DNA of 64,000 nucleotides from Candidatus Dormibacteria bacterium. GTDB taxonomy: Bacteria; Chloroflexota; Dormibacteria; Aeolococcales; Aeolococcaceae. Position 1 is the first letter of the stretch. Each line of letters opens with the position of its first letter. Positions 10,035 to 19,484 of the stretch are shown here, in pieces. The notes under the pieces were generated by a model that ran no database searches, was not told where the DNA came from, and saw only the letters and a list, made by a program, of their open reading frames with translations. The stretch lies in assembly GCA_049964715.1 (NCBI GenBank), contig JBMFXB010000002.1:12386-76385 (forward strand). The letters run 5' to 3'. A program made the translations under genes and the position numbers.

Positions 10035-10684
10035 TGCTCAAACTCCTGGACCGTGTATGTATCTTGCGCATATACAGGAAGTTTGTTACCAAGTATCGGA
10101 GCTGGTGCAATGAGAGGTTTGTAACCGGCAATGGTGATAGTTAGCTCAACTGCGGATGTTGATGCTCCCCCATTCGTATTTGCTGTAGCACATATAAGCA
10201 AAACGTTGGATGTTGAGGAGGGTACAAGAGTATTAAGATACGACAGCATTTGCTTCTCTGTTGGAGGCGTTGTGACACTGTACCCCGATGCACTGCTTGG
10301 ACGCTCTGATGGCGGGCATGAGGCAAGTGGATCAGGAAGCTCGGAACTTGGCACGCTACCTGTACACGGTAAACCATATGTTCCACTAACTAGCGGTGTT
10401 GCACCAAGAAAGCTCTCCGAAACTGCTGCCTTGTAGGCAACCTGTCCAGCATTGCACTCAAGCCCAAGTGCATCCGTTGGCATGCCTACAACCTGTACCC
10501 CCTCCTGGGAAGCAAAATTGAGGCTGTTCAAGTCAAGTTGCCAGAGAAAAGCTACCACACCCCCAAAAATAATCACTATGAAGACAGGAAACACGAACGT
10601 AAATTCAACAAGCGATTGTGCTCGTGAGTTATGGCGATGGGAATGTCGCATTGCTGAAACAGCTCTTCCGTAATTGTTTTCCAT
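10031..10684 (-). CDS. TadE-like pseudopilin
   Basis: ...SRAQSLVEFTFVFPVFIVIIFGGVVAF is a TadE-type N-terminal motif. Start trimmed from the ORF start at 10783 to an internal Met; the exact start is uncertain. 4-nt overlap with the downstream tadE. Confidence 0.65.
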   Translation of the reverse strand: MENNYGRAVSAMRHSHRHNSRAQSLVEFTFVFPVFIVIIFGGVVAFLWQLDLNSLNFASQEGVQVVGMPTDALGLECNAGQVAYKAAVSESFLGATPLVSGTYGLPCTGSVPSSELPDPLASCPPSERPSSASGYSVTTPPTEKQMLSYLNTLVPSSTSNVLLICATANTNGGASTSAVELTITIAGYKPLIAPAPILGNKLPVYAQDTYTVQEFEQ

Positions 10685-10686
10685 GG

Positions 10687-11502
10687 TCAATTGCCCAAAC
10701 ATCCATACGCAGAATCCGTTGCCTGCATGAGAATATGCGATTCCCCTATAAATATGCCAAATGGCTGACTTGCCTGCATCCACACATTTACTGTTACCTG
10801 TCTAGCAAACTGCTGTGTAGCTGGACAGACATAAGGAGAACTTCCCGCCTCATCACCGTCCGCACCAGAAGCATCATCGGAAGTTCCGGTTGCTGAATCA
10901 TCACTATCTAGCATGTAACCTTTGCTCACAAGAACCTGAAACTCGATATTCGTCAGCGAAGAGCCTTGTTCATAATTGGAGCATTGTGTCAATGAATATG
11001 GGCTTCCCATACTTTCAGTCCCCTTACAAGGCTGACCAGAAGTGGGAGCTGCAGCTGCATCAATTGTGTACCCAGGGAACGCTTGCTGGAGCACATTGGT
11101 AACGGAACTGTCAGCAGAGTATGATGCGATTTGTTCCTCTTCGATGGTTTGAGCTCCATCTGGAGTTGTTGTTAGGATTCCTGGGGATGTCTCCATTCCC
11201 TGACTTATTGGGGGCAAGCCAGATGCATAGAGTGAAGTAGTAGACTGACCAGTTCCCGGATACGTACCGTACTGGCATTCATATTCATCATATGTGTACT
11301 GTGATGCCATGCATGCGTCTCCACTTGCAGCAACTGCAGCTACTACAGTTGCTGCATCAAGTCTGCTACGTGCATTCAGATAGATCTCACCCGACATTGT
11401 AAGACCCAGCAGGGCAATTATGACTGGCAACATGAGAGCGAAAAGTGGCATGACTTGTGCTCTGCTACCATGTCTCTTCGCAGGCATACAGTTACCTTTC
11501 AT
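10687..11502 (-). CDS. TadE/TadG-like pseudopilin (larger paralogue)
   Basis: ...GSRAQVMPLFALMLPVIIALLGLTM N-terminal motif. Start set at MKGNC, preceded by GAGGAA; the ORF extends to 11568. Confidence 0.6.
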   Translation of the reverse strand: MKGNCMPAKRHGSRAQVMPLFALMLPVIIALLGLTMSGEIYLNARSRLDAATVVAAVAASGDACMASQYTYDEYECQYGTYPGTGQSTTSLYASGLPPISQGMETSPGILTTTPDGAQTIEEEQIASYSADSSVTNVLQQAFPGYTIDAAAAPTSGQPCKGTESMGSPYSLTQCSNYEQGSSLTNIEFQVLVSKGYMLDSDDSATGTSDDASGADGDEAGSSPYVCPATQQFARQVTVNVWMQASQPFGIFIGESHILMQATDSAYGCLGN

Positions 11503-11675
11503 GTCGTTCCTCATCATGCAACGCAGTAATGAAAGGTGTCGATTATTCTTCACATCAGCTCTTCTCATCCCAATAGTCGACTACAGGTGAACTCCATCAT
11601 CATTACATGGATTTTCATTACCGATGATTGCAGGTCGGTTACAACTTTGACACATCGCTTCTCAATTTGCACTCT

Positions 11676-12542
11676 TCAAGAAGCATCTCCATCATGCTGC
11701 TTTATGTCTGTACTGTTTGGTGGAGCATATCCCTGAATGTACTGGACATTGGACGGCTCGATCACGGCAGTAGATCCTGCATATGAACCCGTCACAGAGA
11801 ACGTGATCGTTCCCAAATCACTTCCCGGAACATCAATTGACCACTGCACTATATCACCACTCGACCCCAGGTAAACATTTGCTGCGAGTTTTGAGCTGTG
11901 TGACATTGCAGTAACAACCACTTGGTCTACGAGCAATGACTCTTCACTATTGCTCTGCTGTAGTACTGATTGCAAATCAGTGGTTACCCTGTATGATTCA
12001 GCAGAACGGCCAGCGATGGTTGTGGGGCCTGTATCTTCAACTTTGACTATTCCATTGTCCACAATCTCTTCCGTGATAGCAGGATTCAGGAGAAGCAAGT
12101 CATCTGCAAATGAGCTGAGAGGCTTTGCAACTGGTGGTGCTGACTGGAGTACCAGTCCTTTCCATACCTGTGAAGATGTTCCACTTCCCACATATCCCAC
12201 ATATGCACTTCCCAACTGTTCCACAAGCGAAAAGGCTTTCGGTTGACTCGATGCAATGCCAGCATTCGTTGCAAAATTGTAGTGTCCAACCACTTCTTGA
12301 GCCATGGTGAATGGGTTTACTGCGGATTGACGATTCCATTTGCCGGTGAATGTATAACTCCCTGTTAGGAGCTTTGCATAGCCCACTGCAATTCGATTTA
12401 CATCCCCCATTTGGGCAGGGGACAGTTGTTGACCTCCAACACTTGACTGTACCCTATGAGTTGAGTTTCCAATTGCTGTTGTGCCACACGAAGTGGTTAT
12501 ACAGATTCCCAGAGCAAGGAGAATTGCAAATGAGCGATTCAC
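11676..12542 (-). CDS. Lipoprotein (lipobox ITTSC)
   Basis: MNRSFAILLALGICITTSC|GT is a signal peptide plus lipobox. No domain assigned. Confidence 0.55.
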   Translation of the reverse strand: MNRSFAILLALGICITTSCGTTAIGNSTHRVQSSVGGQQLSPAQMGDVNRIAVGYAKLLTGSYTFTGKWNRQSAVNPFTMAQEVVGHYNFATNAGIASSQPKAFSLVEQLGSAYVGYVGSGTSSQVWKGLVLQSAPPVAKPLSSFADDLLLLNPAITEEIVDNGIVKVEDTGPTTIAGRSAESYRVTTDLQSVLQQSNSEESLLVDQVVVTAMSHSSKLAANVYLGSSGDIVQWSIDVPGSDLGTITFSVTGSYAGSTAVIEPSNVQYIQGYAPPNSTDIKQHDGDAS

Positions 12543-12634
12543 CAGTCCAACTCCTTCTCATGTTCATGCAGATCCACCACATGTATAGCACTCTAGTAAT
12601 CGAACACATCGAAGGCAGCTGGACTGTCACACCT

Positions 12635-13237
12635 TTACAGTGAATTCAGTGGACTTGGAAGTGGGCCAGAAGCAAACATGAATGATGAATACACGGTAAT
12701 TGGTTGTATTGGACTGATGAAGTAGACAATATATTTCGTAGGTTGGCTTGGTGCGTTTGATGAAACATTTGAAACAGTGAAATTGCCCTGGATAATTACT
12801 ACCCAAACCTTATCTGGAAGATTTTTTTGGCCTGAAAGAAACTGGCTCAATTCACTTGTGGCAACTTCCTGTGGAGGAAGACACTGTATTTGTCCTTTCG
12901 CACTAATATTGGACTGTTGATTGAGAACCTCATGCACGAGTGACGTAGCTTCACTGGCACTCACTGGACCAGAGGGCTGTGTAAAAGGAGGAACAGTCTG
13001 TCCCGGGCTCAACGTTATTGGGGTGGGGGTTGGCCCATTGGGTTGGATCGTTGCAGCCCCACATGACGAACTGTACGAAGCGTTGACGAGGGGCCCAACA
13101 TGGGAACTCGGCTTGGGTATAGGAGCCGTAGGAGTAGGGCTTGGATGCTTGGTCGCTGAAGGGGCACATCCAACAAGGAGTGCCAAGCCCACAGCCACAG
13201 TAGATCCTGATATCCACTTTCTTAGTACAGTTCTCAT
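12635..13237 (-). CDS. Pro-rich lipoprotein (lipobox LLVGC)
   Basis: ...GSTVAVGLALLVGC|APSATKHPSPTPTAPIPKP. ORF extends to 13282; the internal Met MRTVLRKW was chosen as start. Confidence 0.5.
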   Translation of the reverse strand: MRTVLRKWISGSTVAVGLALLVGCAPSATKHPSPTPTAPIPKPSSHVGPLVNASYSSSCGAATIQPNGPTPTPITLSPGQTVPPFTQPSGPVSASEATSLVHEVLNQQSNISAKGQIQCLPPQEVATSELSQFLSGQKNLPDKVWVVIIQGNFTVSNVSSNAPSQPTKYIVYFISPIQPITVYSSFMFASGPLPSPLNSL

Positions 13238-13288
13238 GGTCACTGAATAACGATTTCCGTTGCTCATTAAGAATTTCTCCATCTCGGA

Positions 13289-14152
13289 CTAGTGAAACAG
13301 TGCCTGGAAACTTCCAGAATTCATACCCTGGTCAGGGCTGGGTGATGGTGATGTTCCAAACTTCACGTAGTTTGTATTGCTCAGGAGTACATATTCCAGA
13401 ATAGAACTCTGAGTAGAGTTGCGTGAATCCATGAGATACGACAAGAGTTCTGCCTCAGATTCAGGAACGCCTACGATGAGTTCCGTAGCAGCCCCTGCAG
13501 TTTGACCAACTGTGCCAACATTCAGGATCGTCACATTATGCGCCATGATCTCAACATTGCCTTGGCCATTGGCGTCTCCGAGAATATCTATCTGGTCACC
13601 TGGCTGAAGGAAGCCCCCTACACCTTGTGTAGCATTCATGGGTATAGCTATTGCAACGTACCCAGATGGCAGGGAGAATGCCTCTTCCCGGCAGCCTGCC
13701 TGGGTGGCAACGGTCGTGGAACTTGATGAACTCGGAGAACTCGAAGGTGAGATGGAAGTAATGAGCGTGGGCGAAGCCGTTGCCTGGGGCGTGCAGACAA
13801 CTGCGATTCCCGACGTCTTGGTTGGGCTTACAAGACTAGGTGTGATTACCTGATTGGGAACAATGCTGACTATTGCATACTGGCCAACTACTTTCGTCGG
13901 ATCAGTGAACGCACCAGCTGGAACTGCAGTGGTCGGCACCTGAGTTGCAACGACCTCTGACTGTGTTATTGCACTTCCATTGGGGATTTCAGTCGCGGCT
14001 TCAACAACAGTGACTGTCGGAACATTTGCACCACCACCACCGGCCTTCGTTAGCACGATGAGACCCACTGCTCCTGCACCTGCAACAATGAGACCAACGA
14101 CAATTGCGATGAGTTTGTTCGGGCGGCCACCTGGCCTCATATTCATTCCCAT
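13289..14152 (-). CDS. cpaB: Flp pilus assembly protein CpaB/RcpC-like (N-terminal TM + SAF domain)
   Basis: TM segment LIAIVVGLIVAGAGAVGLIVL followed by NGSAITQSEVVATQVPTTAVPAGAF, typical of CpaB. Ser-rich linker. Start among M26/M28/M30 of the ORF (which extends to 14227). Confidence 0.7.
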   Translation of the reverse strand: MGMNMRPGGRPNKLIAIVVGLIVAGAGAVGLIVLTKAGGGGANVPTVTVVEAATEIPNGSAITQSEVVATQVPTTAVPAGAFTDPTKVVGQYAIVSIVPNQVITPSLVSPTKTSGIAVVCTPQATASPTLITSISPSSSPSSSSSTTVATQAGCREEAFSLPSGYVAIAIPMNATQGVGGFLQPGDQIDILGDANGQGNVEIMAHNVTILNVGTVGQTAGAATELIVGVPESEAELLSYLMDSRNSTQSSILEYVLLSNTNYVKFGTSPSPSPDQGMNSGSFQALFH

Positions 14153-14255
14153 ATAGCTGATCCTACATCCTTTGTTTGCAGCATTGGCGGCATGTGTCGC
14201 ATGGGCATTGCATATGCGATTCGACACCTAGTGTATTGTAAATAGCAGTAATTGT

Positions 14256-14735
14256 GTGTTGAACTGTGTTACGGTTCTGTGCCAATTGGTTCTGTACGAC
14301 CAGCAACTCCTCCTCAAGACTACATCCCCGTCACAGTCAGGTGACAGATTTGCAGCAGCAGATCCTCACCAGTCCCAGTCACCATACAGTGAAGTCATCA
14401 AGGCACTGGAGCTTCGAGGGAGGAGCACAACGATGATCGTGAATCAGCATCTCAGCAGCAGGGAAATCCGGGATGCCTTCCCCAGAGGTCTTCCTGATCC
14501 AACAGTACGCGATAGCATTGCCTCAGCCATCCTGCATGACTATCACTTTGGAAGTGCACAGACCTTGGCCATGCCAGAATCCATGCGACCAGTTCTCGAG
14601 AGTGTACACAGTACTGTTGCTCCCCGGGTAAGTACGTACTACTCCAAAGTGGAGTCCGCGCTTGCAGCCCAGCTACCATCTGCAAAACAGACACAGGGTG
14701 CTCGAGTGCGGGCGAACGTCAACCTCATCGAATAG
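14256..14735 (+). CDS. Hypothetical protein
   Basis: First gene of a + strand cassette lying between two - strand Tad gene groups (cpaB ends at 14152; flp starts at 17406). No motif; start uncertain. Confidence 0.35.
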   Translation: MLNCVTVLCQLVLYDQQLLLKTTSPSQSGDRFAAADPHQSQSPYSEVIKALELRGRSTTMIVNQHLSSREIRDAFPRGLPDPTVRDSIASAILHDYHFGSAQTLAMPESMRPVLESVHSTVAPRVSTYYSKVESALAAQLPSAKQTQGARVRANVNLIE

Positions 14736-14774
14736 TGCATCGCCATCTCGAACGTATGTGTCACTTTCGGTAGC

Positions 14775-15665
14775 ATGAAGGATGTGGCAGTACCAACATA
14801 CCCTTCACTGAAATCTCAGGAAGAGCCAATGACTTCATGTATGGATCTTCATCCTCTTGAAAGATGGTACTCAGAACATGGAAGACATCACCTCCCCTGG
14901 CGTCACACACAGGATCCATGGCACATTCTTGTAAGTGAAGTAATGTTGCATCAAACCCAGGTGCATCGAGTTCTTGGCTACTGGGAGCTGTTTATCTCAC
15001 GCTGGCCGACCCCACAGGCATTTGCAGATGCACCACTACATGACCTCCTGCGTTCCTGGAAGGGACTTGGATATCCCCGTCGTGCCCGCAATCTCCAGGC
15101 ATCAGCATCAACCATAGCCCGTACTGGCTGGCCCGAAGATGAAAAGGGACTCCTTGCACTTCCAGGTGTTGGAACGTATACAGCCCGAGCGATGCGCATC
15201 ATTGCCTGGAACGATCCAGCTTGCCCTCTTCCCCGTGATGTCAACATCACCCGCATATTCCAGCGACTCTCTGGTACCACTTCGCTTGTAGAGCCTGTCG
15301 GATGGCAGGGCACCCGGAGAGATCTTGTGTATGCTCTCTTCGATCTTGGTTCACTCATCTGCCGTGCACGGACACCTTTGTGCCAACATTGCCCTGTCCA
15401 TGAATCGTGTGTCGCATGCACTTCAGAAGATAACTTTCAGGACCCTCCAACACATCGGCAAGCACCGTTTCATGGCTCCTTCCGTGAGCTCCGCAGTGCA
15501 GTTCTACAAATTTGCATTGCAGAACCTTCCATCTCGAAGGACACTCTCAAGTACCTGTGTAGTCCACTTCTTGGTAGAGTTCCAGAACAGGATGAGCTGG
15601 ATCGTGCCCTGCACTCACTTGTAACAGATGGGCTCCTGGACATGATGGAAGAAGAGGCCACTTAA
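14775..15665 (+). CDS. HhH-GPD DNA glycosylase, MutY/Nth family, with [4Fe-4S] loop and no NUDIX domain
   Basis: Helix-hairpin-helix LPGVGTYTARAMRIIAWN, catalytic-Asp region PRDVNITRIFQRL, and cluster ligands C-x6-C-x2-C-x5-C (CRARTPLCQHCPVHESC). At 296 aa it is too short for the MutY C-terminal NUDIX-like domain. Confidence 0.7.
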   Translation: MKDVAVPTYPSLKSQEEPMTSCMDLHPLERWYSEHGRHHLPWRHTQDPWHILVSEVMLHQTQVHRVLGYWELFISRWPTPQAFADAPLHDLLRSWKGLGYPRRARNLQASASTIARTGWPEDEKGLLALPGVGTYTARAMRIIAWNDPACPLPRDVNITRIFQRLSGTTSLVEPVGWQGTRRDLVYALFDLGSLICRARTPLCQHCPVHESCVACTSEDNFQDPPTHRQAPFHGSFRELRSAVLQICIAEPSISKDTLKYLCSPLLGRVPEQDELDRALHSLVTDGLLDMMEEEAT

Positions 15666-15667
15666 CA

Positions 15668-16726
15668 ATGAGATCCGAACTCAGTACAACACTCCTACGT
15701 GATGGCCAGGGCATCAGCCTTCAACCGACGCTCACTTTGGATCCAACTCGTATCGACCACCCAGAGCCGCTTGCCAATGCTCATCGCGTCGTTTTTGCTG
15801 GATTTGCCTCTTCGTACAGTATCCTCTTCCTTCTCGAACTCCTTGCAAGTCCCGAATTCACTGTTGCCGGTATCCTCACCAGTCATCGAAGTGGCAACAT
15901 CATTGCCAACAATCGAACCTTGGCTGATATAGCCACCCAATTCAAGATACCGTTCATTGGTGCAACTGACATCAATGCCCCGGAGATAGCTTCAGAAGTG
16001 CATGGATGGAATCCCGATGTTGGTATCATCGCGAGCTTTGACCAGATCTTCCGTTCCCAGTTCCTCTCAATCCCGGTTCATGGGTGGGTCAATGTCCACC
16101 CTTCACTTCTCCCAAAGTATCGCGGGGCTGAGCCTCTTTTCTGGACTCTTGTGAACGGAGAACTCACTGCCGGTATGTCATTTCACCGTGCAGTGGAGAG
16201 ATTCGATGAAGGTGCACTACTTGCTCAGTGCATCATTCCTGTCGAAAAGGATGATACTGCTGGACGGCTTCTAGAGCGGATCATGACAGCAGCACTTCCC
16301 CTCATTCCAGCAGTTCTCTCCCACTGCATACATGGCGGAACAAGCACTCCCCAGCCACAAGGCACGTTCAGTACAGCTCCCCCCATAGGACACTTCCCTC
16401 TTGCTGCCTGTGCGAGTGCGAGTCATGCAAAAAGGATTGCATTTGCAACACTTCCGGACTTTGCTCCATGGATCGAGCTCACAGGAACCCGATTCTTTAT
16501 CCGCTCGATTTCGGATGCACCCCTTCTCAATACCCTTTCGTATACCTATCCTGATGGAACCCAGCTATGGTTTCCTGAACTCACGGAACAATGTAGTTGT
16601 ATCCAACAGCGTCCAGATTGCCCAGCTATTCGTGATACGCTTCCCACGTCACGCTCGATACCTTTTATAGTAGGTAGCAGCGAATACATATCCACACTGC
16701 AGAGCAGTGCAACGAGGAATTCATGA
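15668..16726 (+). CDS. Formyltransferase-family protein (Fmt-like, with N- and C-terminal extensions)
   Basis: HPSLLPKYRGAEPLFWTLVNGELTAGMSFH matches the HxSLLPxxRG catalytic motif of Fmt/PurN formyltransferases. Begins 3 nt after the glycosylase stop, so probably cotranscribed. Confidence 0.65.
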   Translation: MRSELSTTLLRDGQGISLQPTLTLDPTRIDHPEPLANAHRVVFAGFASSYSILFLLELLASPEFTVAGILTSHRSGNIIANNRTLADIATQFKIPFIGATDINAPEIASEVHGWNPDVGIIASFDQIFRSQFLSIPVHGWVNVHPSLLPKYRGAEPLFWTLVNGELTAGMSFHRAVERFDEGALLAQCIIPVEKDDTAGRLLERIMTAALPLIPAVLSHCIHGGTSTPQPQGTFSTAPPIGHFPLAACASASHAKRIAFATLPDFAPWIELTGTRFFIRSISDAPLLNTLSYTYPDGTQLWFPELTEQCSCIQQRPDCPAIRDTLPTSRSIPFIVGSSEYISTLQSSATRNS

Positions 16727-17157
16727 ACGACAGGAAGTCACTCAGCGACCAGACTGATCCTTTGCACACCTATGTGGATGAGGAGAAATTCTTTACACTC
16801 ACTGCTCCTGAACACTCTGGTTCAACAAAAACACTCTGCCTGTTTCTCCTCAGCGAGGAAGTCAATGAGCAGGCACGAGAGGGACATTTTTCTCTCATCT
16901 CTGGCTATACACGTGAAAATGAACCAAAGTGCATAACCAGTGATGCACTGGCTGTCCTCCTCATTGATGGTGGTGTAGAGGGTGCTGAACGTTTGTGCGG
17001 AAGAATTCTGCAGCTTTTTGCTTCCCTTCACCTTGAACACATTCTCACGATCCTTGTGGTGTCCCTTCCTGAAGCACTTACTCCTGAGCATGCAGCCAAG
17101 CTCGTAGCAGAAGGACGAACACGTGAAGCTGGCTCTGTCCATCTCATTGCATCGTAG
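16723..17157 (+). CDS. Hypothetical protein (possible degenerate receiver-like fold)
   Basis: Overlaps the formyltransferase stop by 4 nt. The segment ITSDALAVLLIDGGVEG is reminiscent of receiver domains but lacks clear signature residues. Confidence 0.35.
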   Translation: MNDRKSLSDQTDPLHTYVDEEKFFTLTAPEHSGSTKTLCLFLLSEEVNEQAREGHFSLISGYTRENEPKCITSDALAVLLIDGGVEGAERLCGRILQLFASLHLEHILTILVVSLPEALTPEHAAKLVAEGRTREAGSVHLIAS

Positions 17158-17183
17158 TCCTGCTCTCTGCATATGCAACAAGA

Positions 17184-17213
17184 GCAGCATGACATGCTGT
17201 ACATGTCTGCTGC
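17184..17213. terminator. Imperfect hairpin between convergent genes
   Basis: GCAGCATGACATG-ctgta-CATGTCTGCTGC, about 12 bp stem with one bulge. Lies between the + cassette end (17157) and the flp stop (17242). No strong U-tract. Confidence 0.35.
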
Positions 17214-17241
17214 CCTTGCCGCGTTTCAATGAATACAGTGC

Positions 17242-17406
17242 TTATCCTGTCGCGTATTTCACTCCTTTCTCAATATTGGAATACACATTGTTGACCTGAT
17301 GACCAAGAAGAATCACTGTCACAAGTACTGCCAGTGCAATGAGTACGATTATGAATGCATATTCGACAATACCCTGACCTTTCTCCTCCTGACATCCCAG
17401 TCGCAT
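17242..17406 (-). CDS. flp: Flp/Fap family pilin (prepilin, 54 aa)
   Basis: MRLGCQEEKGQGIVEYAFIIVLIALAVLVTVILLG... carries the Flp motif G|xxxxEY followed by a hydrophobic helix. GGAGGT lies 3 nt upstream of the internal ATG; the ORF extends to 17457. Confidence 0.8.
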   Translation of the reverse strand: MRLGCQEEKGQGIVEYAFIIVLIALAVLVTVILLGHQVNNVYSNIEKGVKYATG

Positions 17407-17547
17407 CCTACCTCCATATAAAAGCAGGACTGGAAGAGATCGTAGCCACGTTGCCACTATAGGCTTCCTCCTTTATATCTGACGTTCTCGCACACCTGAT
17501 AATTCTGTGGGGAATTATAGCACCCTGTCAAATTTACATACTTTGCG

Positions 17548-18477
17548 TCATCCACCTGTCATAATCTTGACGATTGCAGGTCCGAGAAGCACAAGGAAAA
17601 CACAAGGAAAGATACAGAGGAGCATTGGCAGAAGCATGAGGACTGGTGCTCGATGTCCTGCCTCTTCTGCCCTCTGCTTCCGGATACGTCGAAGTTCTTC
17701 GGATTGGACACGAAGGACATTCGCAACACTCACACCTAGTGGCTCTGCCTGCACAACAGCACGAATAAAGTTGTCAAGCTCCTCTACCGGATTTCTCTCA
17801 GCCATTGCTGAGAGAGCTTCAAGACGTGGTCTTCCAAGTCGAATCTCATCTAGCGTTTTCTTGAACTCCCTCCCAAGAGGACTCTGCTCAGACTCTGCGA
17901 CGCGGGACAATGCCATGTCCATGCTGAGACCAGCCTCCATACTGATGGTAAGGAGATCCATGACTCCTGGCAGTGCCCGGGAAATGAGTTTCTGCCGCTT
18001 CTTGATCTTGCTCTTGAGGGAAGAGACTGGCAGACTCCTTCCAAAGAACACACCTCCTGCAACTGCTGCAAGAGTGATTGGAAGGCCAAAGTCGAAGTAA
18101 TTTCCCAGAAACAGTGCTGCGAGCACAAAGACGATTGGGAGCAGGATTTGCTGTCCAAGAAGCATCTGTGGTGATTTCCCCTCAACATCAGCCTGTACAA
18201 TGAGCCGCTGAAGCTTTTCAATCTGACCAGCCTTGGAACTCCGCATCATGATATTGCCTATGCGATTAAAGAGTGGAGTGATCACACGATCAGTAAAGGG
18301 AAGTGCCATCTCTTCCTCGCCAGGAAGTGCAATATTTGATCCACCCATTGCCTCATCGACACCGTAGAGTCGCTGCTCAAGTCGATCCTTGCTAGTCGAT
18401 GGAGAGGCTATTACCAACACAAGGACAAACACACCAACTACAACAGCAATGCCCTCAATGATCGTGATCGGTGTCAT
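17548..18477 (-). CDS. tadC: Flp pilus assembly inner-membrane platform protein TadC (T2SS-F domain)
   Basis: 309 aa with TM segments flanking a cytoplasmic T2SSF-like domain (LISRALPGVMDLLTISMEAGLSMDMALSRVAE..LGRPRLEAL). GGAGGTG lies 8 nt upstream of the ATG. Confidence 0.75.
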   Translation of the reverse strand: MTPITIIEGIAVVVGVFVLVLVIASPSTSKDRLEQRLYGVDEAMGGSNIALPGEEEMALPFTDRVITPLFNRIGNIMMRSSKAGQIEKLQRLIVQADVEGKSPQMLLGQQILLPIVFVLAALFLGNYFDFGLPITLAAVAGGVFFGRSLPVSSLKSKIKKRQKLISRALPGVMDLLTISMEAGLSMDMALSRVAESEQSPLGREFKKTLDEIRLGRPRLEALSAMAERNPVEELDNFIRAVVQAEPLGVSVANVLRVQSEELRRIRKQRAEEAGHRAPVLMLLPMLLCIFPCVFLVLLGPAIVKIMTGG

Positions 18478-18482
18478 TGTCT

Positions 18483-19469
18483 CTACACCTCCACATTCAC
18501 GATTTTTCTGATGATGGCATACCCGCCAGCAATCATGAAGAATGCAAAGCCGAGCATGATCTGACCTGGGAGTTTTGTCAGCATTGGATCAAAGTAACTT
18601 GGTGCAATCATGTAAAGGATGCCACTCAGTGCAAGGGGAAGCACTATGAGTACCCAACCAGATGCACGTGCCTGGCCAGTTATCGTCTTGATCTCACCTT
18701 TGATTCGTACACGTTCACGTATCGTGTACTCAATATTGTCGAGAATGACGGCCAGGTTACCCCCTACCTGCTGCTGTATCTGGATTGCAGTCATGAGAAG
18801 CTTCAGGTCCTCTGATTCACTTCTGTCGACCATATGGCCAAACGCTTCAATAAAGGGGACTCCCAACTGGGTTTCCCTCATGACACGTGCCATATCAGGA
18901 CCCATTGGTGGTGCTGCATTCTGGGAAACAAGATTCATTGCTTGTGCAAGGGTGTAACCGGCCTTCACACCATTGCTCAATGCAAGAACTGTCGGACCAA
19001 GCTGATCCTCAAACTTCTTTCGTCTTTTGTTGTACCGCATCTTCAAATAGATACGCGAGCCGAAAAAAACAACTGCAAACCCAATGATGAGCCCGATAAT
19101 GCTCTTAAAGCGCAACATGAGAAGGAGACCCAGCACTATACTCGCAGCTGAAACCATTGCTGTCCACTCAGTGGGATGAAGCTTGAGATCAGCCTTCTGA
19201 AGCTGCTCAACGAGCTTTGCACCCCGGGATGACTTCTCGAACCGTTTTCCCACACTCTGCTGCAATGAATCTCGAAAGTCAAATGAACTCTTCTTGGTAC
19301 CCTGAAGTGCAAGAGGGGTATCACCATACTCGTCCTCCCATTCACTTTCAGCCGATGTTGCAAGTGAAGGGTCTTCGACTGGAGTACTCTTGGCTCCAGT
19401 GAGCATGAACACACCACCAAACACTCCCAGAACAACGAGTGCACCAGCAATCAGAGAGACGAGGCTCAC
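18483..19469 (-). CDS. tadB: Flp pilus assembly platform protein TadB (T2SS-F domain)
   Basis: 328 aa with T2SSF domain (LALSNGVKAGYTLAQAMNLVSQ...ETQLGVPFIEAFGHMV) and N- and C-terminal TM helices. GTG start preceded by GGAAGGGTGAAG. Confidence 0.75.
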   Translation of the reverse strand: MSLVSLIAGALVVLGVFGGVFMLTGAKSTPVEDPSLATSAESEWEDEYGDTPLALQGTKKSSFDFRDSLQQSVGKRFEKSSRGAKLVEQLQKADLKLHPTEWTAMVSAASIVLGLLLMLRFKSIIGLIIGFAVVFFGSRIYLKMRYNKRRKKFEDQLGPTVLALSNGVKAGYTLAQAMNLVSQNAAPPMGPDMARVMRETQLGVPFIEAFGHMVDRSESEDLKLLMTAIQIQQQVGGNLAVILDNIEYTIRERVRIKGEIKTITGQARASGWVLIVLPLALSGILYMIAPSYFDPMLTKLPGQIMLGFAFFMIAGGYAIIRKIVNVEV

Positions 19470-19484
19470 GATACTTCACCCTTC

